64,000 nt of DNA from Prevotellaceae bacterium UBA6974 (GTDB taxonomy: Bacteria > Bacteroidota > Bacteroidia > Bacteroidales > Bacteroidaceae): contig DJYQ01000012.1 in NCBI GenBank assembly GCA_002450165.1, positions 519 through 64,518 of the forward strand, written 5' to 3'. The notes under the pieces were generated by a model. It was not told where the DNA came from, did not search any database, and worked only from the letters and a program-made list of their open reading frames with translations. This document shows positions 28,460 to 38,445 of the stretch, one piece after another; within the stretch, counting starts at the first letter, position 1; the number at the start of each line of letters is the position of its first letter. The position numbers and the translations under genes were made by a program.

Positions 28460-29410
28460 TCAGTACCGGAAGCCGATGGGGATGTTGTTGCTCGTGCTTT
28501 GGCAGACAGCGGATGCGAAATGTATTGCTGTCTGTACGAGATTAGACCATTGTGATTGGGTCAGATGGCTGAGATTATCGTTGCTGTCCCCCGAACGTGT
28601 TAATTCGCACAGGAAACCTGCGTTGAAGTTGTCGCCTGCACCTACGGTACTGATGATGCGGTTGGCAGGAATTGCCTGTGCTGTGAAGTCCATTCGTCTG
28701 CCGTTGGTAAAGACGGTGATTTGTCCGGCACCTGCTGTAAATATGAAATTGGTACAGTAGGGCAGGATATGTTTGTAATATATTTGTTCGGCATTGCGTG
28801 TACCGAACATTATGTCAAAGTCATCAGCACTGCCGCGCACGATGCTGCTGTGTTGCATGTTCCACTGTATGACGGGCAGCAGTGTTTCCAACTCGTTTAT
28901 ATGCGTGCGACGGAAATTGATGTCGTAATATATGGTAGCGCCTGCCTGGAAGGCATTCTGGACAACGGTTTCGACCTGTTGCCGCATTCCATTGCATATT
29001 GCGTAGTATGAACCGAACAGCAATGTGTCGGAAGGTGTGAAATCGGGTAGGGGCCAGTTGTCCTGCAGATGCGGGATGTCTTTGTAGAAATTGTATTCGG
29101 CATCGCCGTTACTGTCAAGAAAGGCTAATGCCAGTGAACTTCTCATACCATCGTACAGGCGGAACCAGTCTGTCTGGACGTGATTCTGCCTGAGATAGTC
29201 AAGTGTCTGTCGTCCTATGCGATCGTTACCAGCATAGCCGATAAATGCGCATGGTATGCCGGCACGGCCAACGGATATGATCGAATTGAACGAACTGCCG
29301 CCCGGTGTGGCTGAAAACGGCTGACAGGTACCTTGGACCGTGTCGTGGCGAAACAGTATGTCCATCACGGTCTCGCCCATGGCGATTATGCGCTGAGTGG
29401 CTGGGTTCAC
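28460..29410 (-). CDS. PfkB-family carbohydrate kinase (fructokinase/ribokinase-like)
   Basis: The C-terminal PfkB signature is TVGAGDNFNAGF and the N-terminus contains MGETVMDILF. The start is a GTG at 29410. Confidence 0.85.
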   Translation of the reverse strand: MNPATQRIIAMGETVMDILFRHDTVQGTCQPFSATPGGSSFNSIISVGRAGIPCAFIGYAGNDRIGRQTLDYLRQNHVQTDWFRLYDGMRSSLALAFLDSNGDAEYNFYKDIPHLQDNWPLPDFTPSDTLLFGSYYAICNGMRQQVETVVQNAFQAGATIYYDINFRRTHINELETLLPVIQWNMQHSSIVRGSADDFDIMFGTRNAEQIYYKHILPYCTNFIFTAGAGQITVFTNGRRMDFTAQAIPANRIISTVGAGDNFNAGFLCELTRSGDSNDNLSHLTQSQWSNLVQTAIHFASAVCQSTSNNIPIGFRY

Positions 29411-29413
29411 GGT

Positions 29414-30037
29414 TCAGTAGTATGTAATCTGGCGCAAATCTACACGGTATTCGGTGGTCTTCTCTCCGCTGATGTCATAGTCGGTACGTGCCATGGCACG
29501 TGTCCAATTGCCGTGTTCGTCTTCCTCCATTATGCGGTAACGTGTGATGGATTCGTAGGGGTCGCCCTTGGTGACGATTTCCTTTTCCTCCACGAGATTG
29601 CCCTTTTCATCGTAGGTACAGGTGAAATGGCTTTCGCCGTCGATGCTTTCCTGATCGTATTCCGAAACCAGACCGTCCTGGTTGTAGCTGATATGGGTGT
29701 CGAACCAGCGATGGCAAAGTGGGTCAAACTTCTGTATCAGCACAATCTGTCCCTTGTTGTCACGGTATATGCGTATGGCTGTGGTGTCGTTTTCGTCCAG
29801 GTAGTATGTTCCGCGTACCAGCTCGCCGTCCTCGTCAAATTCCATGCGTCGATTGTTCCAGCTCATGGTGTCCTCGAGCTGGCGTCCGTTCCTGTCGCTT
29901 ACATAGGATTGGGTGACAACCTGCTTGACGGGTCCGCTGACTTCAATCAATTTCATATCTGGCGTGCGTTTGTTGCAACTGACCATCGCCAGGACGATAG
30001 CCGTCAGGCACAGTACCGAAAGGGGTTTGTTCTTCAT
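29414..30037 (-). CDS. Small lipoprotein with YD/RHS-like repeats
   Basis: The ATG at 30037 gives MKNKPLSVLCLTAIVLAMVSCNK, a lipobox. Five repeats resemble YD units: FDEDGELV, YRDNKGQIV, YNQDGLVSEY, YDEKGNLVEE and EDEHGNWT. The ATG overlaps the upstream TAA as TAATG. Confidence 0.6.
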   Translation of the reverse strand: MKNKPLSVLCLTAIVLAMVSCNKRTPDMKLIEVSGPVKQVVTQSYVSDRNGRQLEDTMSWNNRRMEFDEDGELVRGTYYLDENDTTAIRIYRDNKGQIVLIQKFDPLCHRWFDTHISYNQDGLVSEYDQESIDGESHFTCTYDEKGNLVEEKEIVTKGDPYESITRYRIMEEDEHGNWTRAMARTDYDISGEKTTEYRVDLRQITYY

Positions 30038-33000
30038 TATTCGGCTATAATCGTAAATTCTGCTCCGCTGGCGAAGTCCTGACCGTTCTGGCTGGATAGT
30101 GCCTTGAAACGGAAATAACGTGCTTTTACAGGTGTGGGGAGCATGACTTTTTTCTCCTTCATGTCGTTGGCAAATGTACCGGACAAAACGACATTTCCCC
30201 AATTCTTGCCGTCCTGGCTGACCAGGATCTCGTAGTTCTTGATATTGCCGTTGGGGCCGTCCTGACGCGGCAGGTATGTGAAGCCCTTGATGGTCTTTGT
30301 CTCGGCACAGTCAAAGTCAACCCAGTGTGGGTAGCTGGCTACGGTAACGCTGTACATTGTGTGCCAGATGGTTGAAGGGTTGCCGTCTGTCATTCGGCTT
30401 GCCTCCTCGCCGGTTTCCTGGCTGCTGGCAAATATCACTTCGACAGGAATGTTCTCGATCTTATCGAATGTCATGGTTGTCTTGAGGGCGGTATTCTGCT
30501 TGTTCCATGCGATGACGGTTCCACCGTTCTTCAGATTGAACTTGCCTGTGAACGGTTTTGCCTTTTGTCCTGTAACCTGATACATCAGTTTAGCATCCTT
30601 GGCAAATGTGCTGATGCTTACGTTGCCGGCACGATCACGGGAAATGCTTATGGGCATCTCGCCGCTGGCACTTACTTTTGCATTGGTGCTCAGGTCCGTA
30701 GTCCTTGTTACAGGTCGGATTATAAAGCCGAAGTTATGTTCAGCTCCCTTAACGCGGTCAATTTCCAAAGGACCACCCTGTCCACAGCTGTTTCCTCCCA
30801 GTCCATTAACCTTCAAATCCAAATGCAGGAATGTTCCGTCGCTCGCTGGCAGGTCGCAGGGGTGCTTTGCGTCACGTAGTTGCTGGGCACTATATGGGAG
30901 TGCAGAGGTACACATACTGTCGGTCATGCAGACAAACTGCATACCATTGCCTTGTGCATCTTGCAGCGAACACCAGCGAACAGCCTCGCGATTGCCCATG
31001 CTTTGTGGCTTGGGGAACTGGACAAACTGGTCAGCGACACGGCTCTTGTAAAGCCCTATGAACGAGCCAGTGCGTCTGTCGTTGTAGTTATTCAGGGGAC
31101 CGCGTCCGTAATAGGTATATTGGTCAAATGACTTATCCAGTTTCATGACATAACCGAGGCGTGGAAGTGCGATTGCCGGGTCACTGGTGATTATGCTGCT
31201 TTCCAGTTCGATTGTACCATCGGTATAGACTGTATAGATCTGGCTGGTCGTGAATTGGAAATTGTTCTTGCCCTTGCTCAGTATTGTCAATGCGACAACA
31301 AAGGCGCCATCTTTGCGATTCTGCACAGTATATGTTTCTACCGAGTGTTTCAAATCGGAAAGACCGGCATTGTTCCATGCACCCCATGCCCAGTTGTCAT
31401 TATCTACTGGAGCACGGTATGCATCCAGCTGAGGCCCATACGATCCTGTCTGGCCAATAACCAGACAGTTGCCATACGTCAGGGATGTTATGGCACCTGT
31501 CTCCAGGCTGAATTTGACGCTGAAGTTCTTGCCTTTCAAGCTTAGCTCCTTATCACTTTTACTTGATGCTATGTTATCTTTCACTATAGCAGCCTGTGCG
31601 GCAGCTGAAGTCGGAACGTCTGACTTCTTTACGGGTAGTTGCTCGTTCATCTGCTCATAGCCTTTCTTGGCCCATGGCATATCCTTGTCAAGCAGGAATG
31701 CAATGTTAACGTAATATTCACATTCCGGTCTCAGATTCCACTTATCAACAGGAAGCGTATATGTTCTCCTCTCGCGTGAGCCTTGGGTATCCAGTATTGC
31801 TGCAAACTGTCCGCTTTGTACTTTCTTGCCGTCTTCGACCAGTGTCCAGACCATCGTATAGTCCCCAAGGGTTGTAAAGTAGTTCTTGTTGAATACCTCA
31901 ATCAGTCCCTTGTTGATATCGATGGCTTTTACGCCAACATTCTGATAGACCTTCTTCACTTCGTAATACTGTGGTTTTGGACTCAGGTCAGGCAGCATGA
32001 TGCCATTCATGCAGAACATGCCATCGTTTGGCCACTCTTTGTGGTCGCCGCCGTAACCCAAGAACTTTGTCCCATCTGCCTTGTATGTGTCAATGGCTTG
32101 GTCGCACCAGTCCCATATAGCTGCGCCGCAGAAGAAATTGGTACTTTCAATGGCTGCCCAGTAATCTACCAGGTTACCCATGCTGTTACCCATGGAATGG
32201 GCATATTCCGAAATATGGAACGGATACTTGATACCTTTGTCCGTGCCTTTCACGGCATAACGGACCCATTCAACGGATGGGTACTGGTTTGAACCCATAT
32301 CTACAATGTTGTTATTACGCTCGTATTGGATTGGACGTGTTTTGTCGAAAGCCTTTATTGCCTCGTATGCCTTTACAAAGTTCTTGCCCGGACCTGCCTC
32401 ATTACCCAATGACCATATTACGATGGATGGGGCATTGATATGGGCACGGACCATTTCCATGTTTCGGGCAACGTGGGCGTTCTCAAACTCAGGAACATGG
32501 CTTAGCGAGGCTGCTCCATAATAGTACTCGTGTGATTCAATATTGCTCTCATCCTCAAGGTAAATGCCATACTTGTCGCACAGATAGTACATATATGGGT
32601 CGTTGCTGTAATGGGACATGCGTATATGGTTAATATTGGCTTGCTTCATCAGGAAAACTTCCTTCAGCATCTGCTCGCGTGTAATGGCGTGACCTGTTGA
32701 CGGGTTGTTCTCATGACGGTTGACTCCCTTTAGTTTCACAGGCTTGCCATTGACATAGAAATAGCGTCCTGCCAGACCAAATTCGTCATCCTTTGCCGTG
32801 GTTTCCTTGATCTCGACCTTGCAGACGCCAAAAAATACGCTTGTCATATCTATGGTTTTGCCAGACTTGTTCTTCAGACTTGCTACAAGCAGATAGCGCC
32901 AGGGTTCTTCGGCATTCCAACCATGTGCATTGTTTATTTCCAGTTTGTCGTTCAGTTTTGCACCGGTTTTTGTAACCACAACCTTATCGGTTTCATCATT

Positions 33001-33957
33001 ATATAATTTTACGGGGAATATCTTGTATTCCATTTTGTAGTTTTCTGGCTTTTTTGCACCTGTCAGTTCGGCGTCAACAGTCATTACGGCTTTGCCGTTT
33101 TGGAAACTTTCTGTGCGCACAGCCAAATCACGGATACTTACAGTCGGAACACTGGTCAGGTATGTGCTACGGAAGATGCCTGGCAGACGAAACATATCCT
33201 GGGCCTCAAGGAAACTGCCGTCACTGTTGCGATAAACCTCAACAGCAACGATGTTATCACCCTTTTTGTTTAGATATGGTGTTATGTCAAATTGTGCGGT
33301 ATTACGACTGTTCTTGCTATAGCCGACATATATGCCATTAATCCATAGATAGAAGAAACTGTCCACACCATCGAAATTGATAAATACCCTGCGGCCTTTC
33401 CACTGGGCAGGAACCGTGAAATTGCGACGGTACGAACCAACTTCATTGCGATATTTGTATGTGTAGCGGTTATGGTTTTTAGGCTCACGCATAACGCCGC
33501 CCTTCCAATCGTCAACTGCAACGTAGTGTTCGAAAATAACCGGTTGGTTTACGTATATGGGAGAACCCCATTTCATTGTGCCGTCCTTTTGCAAACCTTG
33601 TACATTCCAACACCCCGGAACGGTAATGTCGTCCCAGTTGGATACGTTATAGCTTGTTTTATAAAAATCAGCAGGACGTTCCTCGGGGCTCTTAACCCAA
33701 TGGAACTTCCATTTGCCATCCAAACTCTGCCAGAAAGGACTGTTTTCCGGTAATACTTGTTTTGCGTTGGACTCGCTGTCGAAATGGAACATCCATGCAC
33801 TTGGCTGCTCCTTGTTCAGTGATAGGTTTTCGGGGCTTTCCCATTCCTTGCCAGTGGGAGTTTTTTCTTTTCCGTAATGGAAACCTTTCAGGTTATCTGC
33901 AGACAGTATTCCACAGATAAAAGTTGCTGCAAAAAAAACGGTCAGGATTTTTTTCAT
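30037..33957 (-). CDS. GH2 beta-galactosidase with a C-terminal F5/8 type C (discoidin/CBM32-like) domain
   Basis: A signal peptide is present. WSLGNEAG holds the acid/base residue and ISEYAHSMGNS the nucleophile context. A Bgal_small_N-like domain is followed by a discoidin-like tail (ASRMTDGNPSTIWHT...ARYFRFKA). Length is 1306 aa. Confidence 0.9.
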   Translation of the reverse strand: MKKILTVFFAATFICGILSADNLKGFHYGKEKTPTGKEWESPENLSLNKEQPSAWMFHFDSESNAKQVLPENSPFWQSLDGKWKFHWVKSPEERPADFYKTSYNVSNWDDITVPGCWNVQGLQKDGTMKWGSPIYVNQPVIFEHYVAVDDWKGGVMREPKNHNRYTYKYRNEVGSYRRNFTVPAQWKGRRVFINFDGVDSFFYLWINGIYVGYSKNSRNTAQFDITPYLNKKGDNIVAVEVYRNSDGSFLEAQDMFRLPGIFRSTYLTSVPTVSIRDLAVRTESFQNGKAVMTVDAELTGAKKPENYKMEYKIFPVKLYNDETDKVVVTKTGAKLNDKLEINNAHGWNAEEPWRYLLVASLKNKSGKTIDMTSVFFGVCKVEIKETTAKDDEFGLAGRYFYVNGKPVKLKGVNRHENNPSTGHAITREQMLKEVFLMKQANINHIRMSHYSNDPYMYYLCDKYGIYLEDESNIESHEYYYGAASLSHVPEFENAHVARNMEMVRAHINAPSIVIWSLGNEAGPGKNFVKAYEAIKAFDKTRPIQYERNNNIVDMGSNQYPSVEWVRYAVKGTDKGIKYPFHISEYAHSMGNSMGNLVDYWAAIESTNFFCGAAIWDWCDQAIDTYKADGTKFLGYGGDHKEWPNDGMFCMNGIMLPDLSPKPQYYEVKKVYQNVGVKAIDINKGLIEVFNKNYFTTLGDYTMVWTLVEDGKKVQSGQFAAILDTQGSRERRTYTLPVDKWNLRPECEYYVNIAFLLDKDMPWAKKGYEQMNEQLPVKKSDVPTSAAAQAAIVKDNIASSKSDKELSLKGKNFSVKFSLETGAITSLTYGNCLVIGQTGSYGPQLDAYRAPVDNDNWAWGAWNNAGLSDLKHSVETYTVQNRKDGAFVVALTILSKGKNNFQFTTSQIYTVYTDGTIELESSIITSDPAIALPRLGYVMKLDKSFDQYTYYGRGPLNNYNDRRTGSFIGLYKSRVADQFVQFPKPQSMGNREAVRWCSLQDAQGNGMQFVCMTDSMCTSALPYSAQQLRDAKHPCDLPASDGTFLHLDLKVNGLGGNSCGQGGPLEIDRVKGAEHNFGFIIRPVTRTTDLSTNAKVSASGEMPISISRDRAGNVSISTFAKDAKLMYQVTGQKAKPFTGKFNLKNGGTVIAWNKQNTALKTTMTFDKIENIPVEVIFASSQETGEEASRMTDGNPSTIWHTMYSVTVASYPHWVDFDCAETKTIKGFTYLPRQDGPNGNIKNYEILVSQDGKNWGNVVLSGTFANDMKEKKVMLPTPVKARYFRFKALSSQNGQDFASGAEFTIIAE

Positions 33958-33994
33958 TTTTATTTCTGGTTAAGTTTTTCGTAATTGTGCATGA

Positions 33995-34002
33995 CAAATA
34001 TA
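33995..34002 (-). promoter_or_regulatory. Candidate -7 box (TATATTTG) for the GH2 operon
   Basis: The plus strand reads CAAATATA, 38 nt upstream of the ATG at 33957. Confidence 0.35.
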
Positions 34003-34079
34003 TAAATAATCCGTCAATGCTACAAATTATGCCCCAAATATGGCATTGCTTTACTTAAATTTTTTTCTATAAACAGCAA

Positions 34080-34107
34080 GAAAGGGTAACCTCACGGCTA
34101 CCCTTTC
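34080..34107 (-). terminator. Terminator candidate ending the topA...anti-sigma string
   Basis: The stem GAAAGGGTAACC / GGCTACCCTTTC pairs at 11 of 12 positions with a 4-nt loop. It lies 44 nt past the stop at 34151, and the minus-strand trailer is T-rich. Confidence 0.55.
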
Positions 34108-34150
34108 CTCGACTCAGATTGTTTTAGGTATTAAAAAAGCATAAATGTGT

Positions 34151-34639
34151 TCATTTTACAGGATGGTGGCTTAGTGAGTCTTGTCCGATTTCCGAAGCCT
34201 TTGCCGAGGTGTTCTCCATACTGTTTGGCAATTGTGTAAATTCGGAGTCAGGATCCTCGACATTCTGTTCTGCCCAAAGAGTGGGAGAGCTTGTGGAATC
34301 ATTCACAAAACTGTGCTGGGATGCCATTCCTATTGTCAATACTATGGCTACCATGGCAGCAGCACGGTACAACGGGCGCATTCTGTGGTACAGGGTAATT
34401 CGCTTTGCCTCCACTTTCTTTTCTGTTTCGACAGTCAGAGACAATATCCTCTTGTCGAATTCCTCGTCCAAATGTTCACCTGCCAATTTACCGTTAGCGA
34501 CAAATACATCGCGGTATTGTGCCAATGATTCAGGAATGTTTTCCTGCGAGAAGAATGCATACAGAATCTGCTCTTCCTGGATTGTAGTCTTACATTCCCA
34601 ATAGTGCTCCAGCAGTTGTTCAATGTACTTGTAGTCCAT
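34151..34639 (-). CDS. Putative anti-sigma factor / membrane protein partnered with the ECF sigma
   Basis: It lies directly downstream of the ECF sigma. The N-terminal cytoplasmic segment is MDYKYIEQLLEHYWECKTT, with one central TM (LYRAAAMVAIVLTIGMA). This layout is typical of Bacteroidetes sigma partners. Confidence 0.5.
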   Translation of the reverse strand: MDYKYIEQLLEHYWECKTTIQEEQILYAFFSQENIPESLAQYRDVFVANGKLAGEHLDEEFDKRILSLTVETEKKVEAKRITLYHRMRPLYRAAAMVAIVLTIGMASQHSFVNDSTSSPTLWAEQNVEDPDSEFTQLPNSMENTSAKASEIGQDSLSHHPVK

Positions 34640-34689
34640 AATTGTTTCTTCTCCGTTCTAAAAGGTTAGACGAACAAGTTTGTAAAATG

Positions 34690-35181
34690 TTACAGTGTTG
34701 ATAATTTTTTTTTGATTTTTTGTCTTGCGCGATGCAGATATACCCTTACCTGCGATTCATTCATCCCCAATTCGTCTGCTATTTTTGCAAAACTTTGTCC
34801 CTCAACTTCGCGCAGCACCATAATCGAACGTTGTACCTCGGGAAGTCCGTCAATTACCGTACGGACCATGCTTAACCCTTCCTTTTGTTCCAGTTGTACA
34901 GACGGATCATTTGCAGATACGTGGCAGTCTCTATCCTCGTCAATAGACATATTGCTGCGTCCGGCTTTTTTCGTATAGTCCAAAGCCTGATTACGACAGA
35001 TTGTAATGGCCATGGCCTCCAGTGAATTTATATTACCCCATTCTTCACGTCTGGCCCACATTTTCAAAAGCGTATCCTGTACAACATCCTCGGCTTCCTG
35101 ACGGTTCAGTGTTATTCTCAACGCCAGTCTGAACAGCATGTCCTTCAGAGGCAGAATGTTATTTTTGAAGATATTATCCAT
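34690..35181 (-). CDS. ECF-subfamily RNA polymerase sigma-70 factor
   Basis: Region 2 is EAEDVVQDTLLKMW and region 4 is SIMVLREVEGQSFAKIADELGMNESQVRVYLHRARQKI. The ATG overlaps the argB TAA as TAATG. Confidence 0.9.
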   Translation of the reverse strand: MDNIFKNNILPLKDMLFRLALRITLNRQEAEDVVQDTLLKMWARREEWGNINSLEAMAITICRNQALDYTKKAGRSNMSIDEDRDCHVSANDPSVQLEQKEGLSMVRTVIDGLPEVQRSIMVLREVEGQSFAKIADELGMNESQVRVYLHRARQKIKKKLSTL

Positions 35182-35978
35182 TAAACAATCGTTGTTCCGT
35201 TTTTGGCAGCGATATCGTTATAATGAGTTACTACTACTCGTGAAATACCCTTGGACAAGGCATCAAATGCATTATCCAGCTTTGGAATCATTCCGCCGGA
35301 TATGACCCCTTCTGCTTTCAGTTTTGAATATGTTTTTGCATTGATAAGCTTAATAACTGAATTTTCGTCTTCGGGATTGTGCATAACGCCTGGCATTTCG
35401 AAACAGAAGGTTAATGTCACGTCATAAAAAGGTGCAAGTGACTTGGCTACTGTAGATGCCATCGTGTCGGCATTGGTGTTCAGAATCGTACCTTGACCAT
35501 CATGAGTCAGAGGTGCAATGACAGGGATGATATTGTTTGCCAACAACGCTTTTAGTGCTTTGCCGTCTGCCTTGTCAACATCGCCCACATAACCAAAATC
35601 TACCATTTCTTCGTGTCCGTCATTCAGCTTAACTTTTTGGACGGGACGCTTATGGCTGCGGATAATATCCATGTCAGCACCGGTAAGACCAATTGCATTA
35701 ACTCCCAGAGATTGTAATTTGGCAACAACCGTTTTGTTGACTAAGCCTCCATATACCATTGTTACCACGCTTAGCATATCCGAATCAGTGATGCGGCGAC
35801 CTCCGACCATCTTGCTCTCTAATCCCAATGACGCAGCAATCTTGGTCGCGCGCCTGCCGCCACCATGAACCAACACTTTGTTTCCGTCAAGAAAAGCAAA
35901 TTGATTAAGGAGCAGTTCAAGCGAAGCTGTGTCCTCGACTACGGCTCCACCCACCTTTATGACATTCAGTTTATCCAC
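35181..35978 (-). CDS. argB: Acetylglutamate kinase
   Basis: The amino-acid kinase fold shows VIKVGGAV, VHGGG and NTNADT. The start is a GTG at 35978. Confidence 0.85.
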   Translation of the reverse strand: MDKLNVIKVGGAVVEDTASLELLLNQFAFLDGNKVLVHGGGRRATKIAASLGLESKMVGGRRITDSDMLSVVTMVYGGLVNKTVVAKLQSLGVNAIGLTGADMDIIRSHKRPVQKVKLNDGHEEMVDFGYVGDVDKADGKALKALLANNIIPVIAPLTHDGQGTILNTNADTMASTVAKSLAPFYDVTLTFCFEMPGVMHNPEDENSVIKLINAKTYSKLKAEGVISGGMIPKLDNAFDALSKGISRVVVTHYNDIAAKNGTTIV

Positions 35979-35983
35979 TTTTG

Positions 35984-37885
35984 TTATTCCAGATATGTAT
36001 ATCCGTATAATCCTGCCCTGTAATTACTGATGAACTCCTTGCCCTCGGCCTCGGTTATCTTGCCATCCTTGATGGCACGGCTTACCCAAATTTCCAAACG
36101 ACGGACAAGTTTCTTGGGCTCATATTGTACGTATTCCAGGACATCGGCTACGGTCTCTCCGTCAATAACCTTGTCGATGCTATAACCGTTTTCCTCGTCG
36201 CTGTCCAGCGAGATGTGAACGGCATTTGTATCACCGAACAGGTTGTGCATATTACCCAGGATTTCCTGATATGCGCCAACCAGGAATACGCCTATATAGT
36301 AGTGTTCTCCCTGTTTGAACTTATGCAATGGCAGATAACTTGTTTGCTGCCCGCCATTGACATAGGCACTGATTTTACCGTCACTGTCGCATGTGATGTC
36401 CTGTAATGTTGCACTGCGCGTGGGCTGTTCTTCCAGGCGCGCGATTGGCATAATCGGAAATAGCTGGTCAATACCCCACGAGTCTGGCATACTTTGAAAA
36501 AGGCTGAAGTTACAAAAATATTTGTCAGCCATCTGTTTGTCCAGTTTGCGCAGTTCGTCTGGCACATGTTTCTGGTGATGAACCAATTCTGCTACCTCAT
36601 GGCTAATTGCCCAGTAAAGTGATTCAATCTGGGCACGGGTCTTCAAATCGATAATGCCGTGACGGAATAAGTCCAGAGCTTCTTCGCGTATATCCTCGGC
36701 ATCATGCCAGTCCTCCAGCATCGAGCGACTTGACAGCTTGTCCCATATTTCTGTCAGGTCATGTACCAGTTTGTGATCATCTTCTCCTGGCTGGAAATCC
36801 TCAGGCATCTGTGGAGCGGTAACGCTTTCCATGACATCAAGTATCAATACGGAATGATGTGCAGTCAGACTTCGTCCTCCTTCCGTTATTATGTTAGGAT
36901 GGGGGATATTGTTGTTGTTGGAGGCTTCGACAAAAGTGTACACGCAGTCATTCACATACTCCTGAATGCTATAGTTTACACTACTCTCGCTATTGCTGCT
37001 TCGAGTGCCGTCATAGTCAACACCCAGTCCACCGCCACAATCAACAAACTCGATGTTACATCCCATTTGATGCAACTGAACGTAGAACTGTGCTGCCTCT
37101 TTCAAAGCGGTGCTAATATGGCGTATTTTTGTGATTTGGCTTCCGATGTGAAAATGAATAAACCTAAGACAATCCTTTAGCTCCATTTCTTCCAGAATCT
37201 GCAGTGCAGTCAGAAGTTCGGTGCTGTTCAGACCGAACTTACTTGCATCGCCGCCGCTTTCACTCCATTTTCCACTTCCACTTGAAGCCAGTTTTATGCG
37301 TACGCCCATATTTGGTTTGACACCGAGCTTTGCGGCCGTTTCAGCAATGATTTTTAATTCGGGGAGTTTCTCAACGACCAAATAGATACGCTTTCCCATT
37401 TTCTGGGCCAGCAGTGCCATCTCGATAAAATTCTGATCCTTGTGGCCATTACAGATTATCAGACTGTCGCTGTCCATGTTTGTTGCCAGAACGGCATGTA
37501 ACTCAGGCTTGGAACCTGCCTCCAACCCCAAATTGTAACGCTTGCCGTGCGAGATGATTTCCTCTACGACAGGACGCATCTGATTAACCTTGACAGGATA
37601 GATGATAAAATGTTCCCCCTGATAGTCGTACTCTTTGCCAGCTTTGCGGAAACAGGCATCTGTCTTTTGAATGCGACTGTCCAATATATCCGGAAAACGC
37701 AAAAGCATGGGGGCTGAAACATGTCGGGTTTCCAAGTGATCCACAACTTCCTTCAAGTCAATCTGGACTCCATTTTTCTTGGGTTCCACATAAACATGAC
37801 CTTTGTCGTTGATTCCAAAAAAGTTAACGCCCCACCCTTTGATGTTGTAAAGTTCTTCCGAGTCTTCAATTCGCCATTTTTTCAT
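35984..37885 (-). CDS. speA: Biosynthetic arginine decarboxylase
   Basis: This 633-aa protein has the SpeA-type group IV decarboxylase layout, with IYPVKVNQ holding the PLP lysine context and CGGGLGVDYDG also present. Confidence 0.95.
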   Translation of the reverse strand: MKKWRIEDSEELYNIKGWGVNFFGINDKGHVYVEPKKNGVQIDLKEVVDHLETRHVSAPMLLRFPDILDSRIQKTDACFRKAGKEYDYQGEHFIIYPVKVNQMRPVVEEIISHGKRYNLGLEAGSKPELHAVLATNMDSDSLIICNGHKDQNFIEMALLAQKMGKRIYLVVEKLPELKIIAETAAKLGVKPNMGVRIKLASSGSGKWSESGGDASKFGLNSTELLTALQILEEMELKDCLRFIHFHIGSQITKIRHISTALKEAAQFYVQLHQMGCNIEFVDCGGGLGVDYDGTRSSNSESSVNYSIQEYVNDCVYTFVEASNNNNIPHPNIITEGGRSLTAHHSVLILDVMESVTAPQMPEDFQPGEDDHKLVHDLTEIWDKLSSRSMLEDWHDAEDIREEALDLFRHGIIDLKTRAQIESLYWAISHEVAELVHHQKHVPDELRKLDKQMADKYFCNFSLFQSMPDSWGIDQLFPIMPIARLEEQPTRSATLQDITCDSDGKISAYVNGGQQTSYLPLHKFKQGEHYYIGVFLVGAYQEILGNMHNLFGDTNAVHISLDSDEENGYSIDKVIDGETVADVLEYVQYEPKKLVRRLEIWVSRAIKDGKITEAEGKEFISNYRAGLYGYTYLE

Positions 37886-37917
37886 CTAATATTGACAGTT
37901 GAGATTGATGATTAAAA

Positions 37918-38445
37918 TTATATTCCTGTTGCCTGTCTCAGCAATCTGACACTTTCTCCTACTTTCTCACGTGTTTCCAATAGATTTACATTGAAAATAT
38001 ACTGAGCCTTTTCATAAAAAGGTTCACGTATCGTCAGCATTTCCCGTATATAGTCGGTCAGTTCCTCTGGGGACTTGTCCAGGATTAGCGGCCGCACGGT
38101 CTTGCCCATCTTCAGGTGTTCTGCCAGAACCTCGGGACTGGCTTTCAGATATATTGTTGTACACAGGGAGTTCATATAATCCATGTTGTCAAAAAAACAT
38201 GGTGTTCCACCGCCACAACTGATTATAACATTCTCGAACTCTGCTACCTCATGCAGCATATTGTGTTCGATTTTGCGAAAACCTTCTTCACCGCGTTCCT
38301 GAAATATCTCAGACACTTTTTTTCGGAAACGCATTTCGATATACCAATCCAAATCGTAGAACTGACGTCCCAACTCCTTGGCCAAGGCATGGCCTATTGT
38401 GGTCTTGCCCGCACCCATGTAACCGAGTAGGATAATACTTTTCAA
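37918..38445 (-). CDS. aroK: Shikimate kinase
   Basis: The P-loop is GYMGAGKTT and ISCGGGTP is also present. The TTG start at 38445 overlaps the topA TGA as TTGA. Confidence 0.9.
   Translation of the reverse strand: MKSIILLGYMGAGKTTIGHALAKELGRQFYDLDWYIEMRFRKKVSEIFQERGEEGFRKIEHNMLHEVAEFENVIISCGGGTPCFFDNMDYMNSLCTTIYLKASPEVLAEHLKMGKTVRPLILDKSPEELTDYIREMLTIREPFYEKAQYIFNVNLLETREKVGESVRLLRQATGI

Noticed and set aside
29333-30082. A 249-aa plus-strand ORF across the kinase/lipoprotein junction.
   Set aside because: It lies antisense to two well-supported minus-strand genes and has a Val/Ala/Gly-rich off-frame composition.
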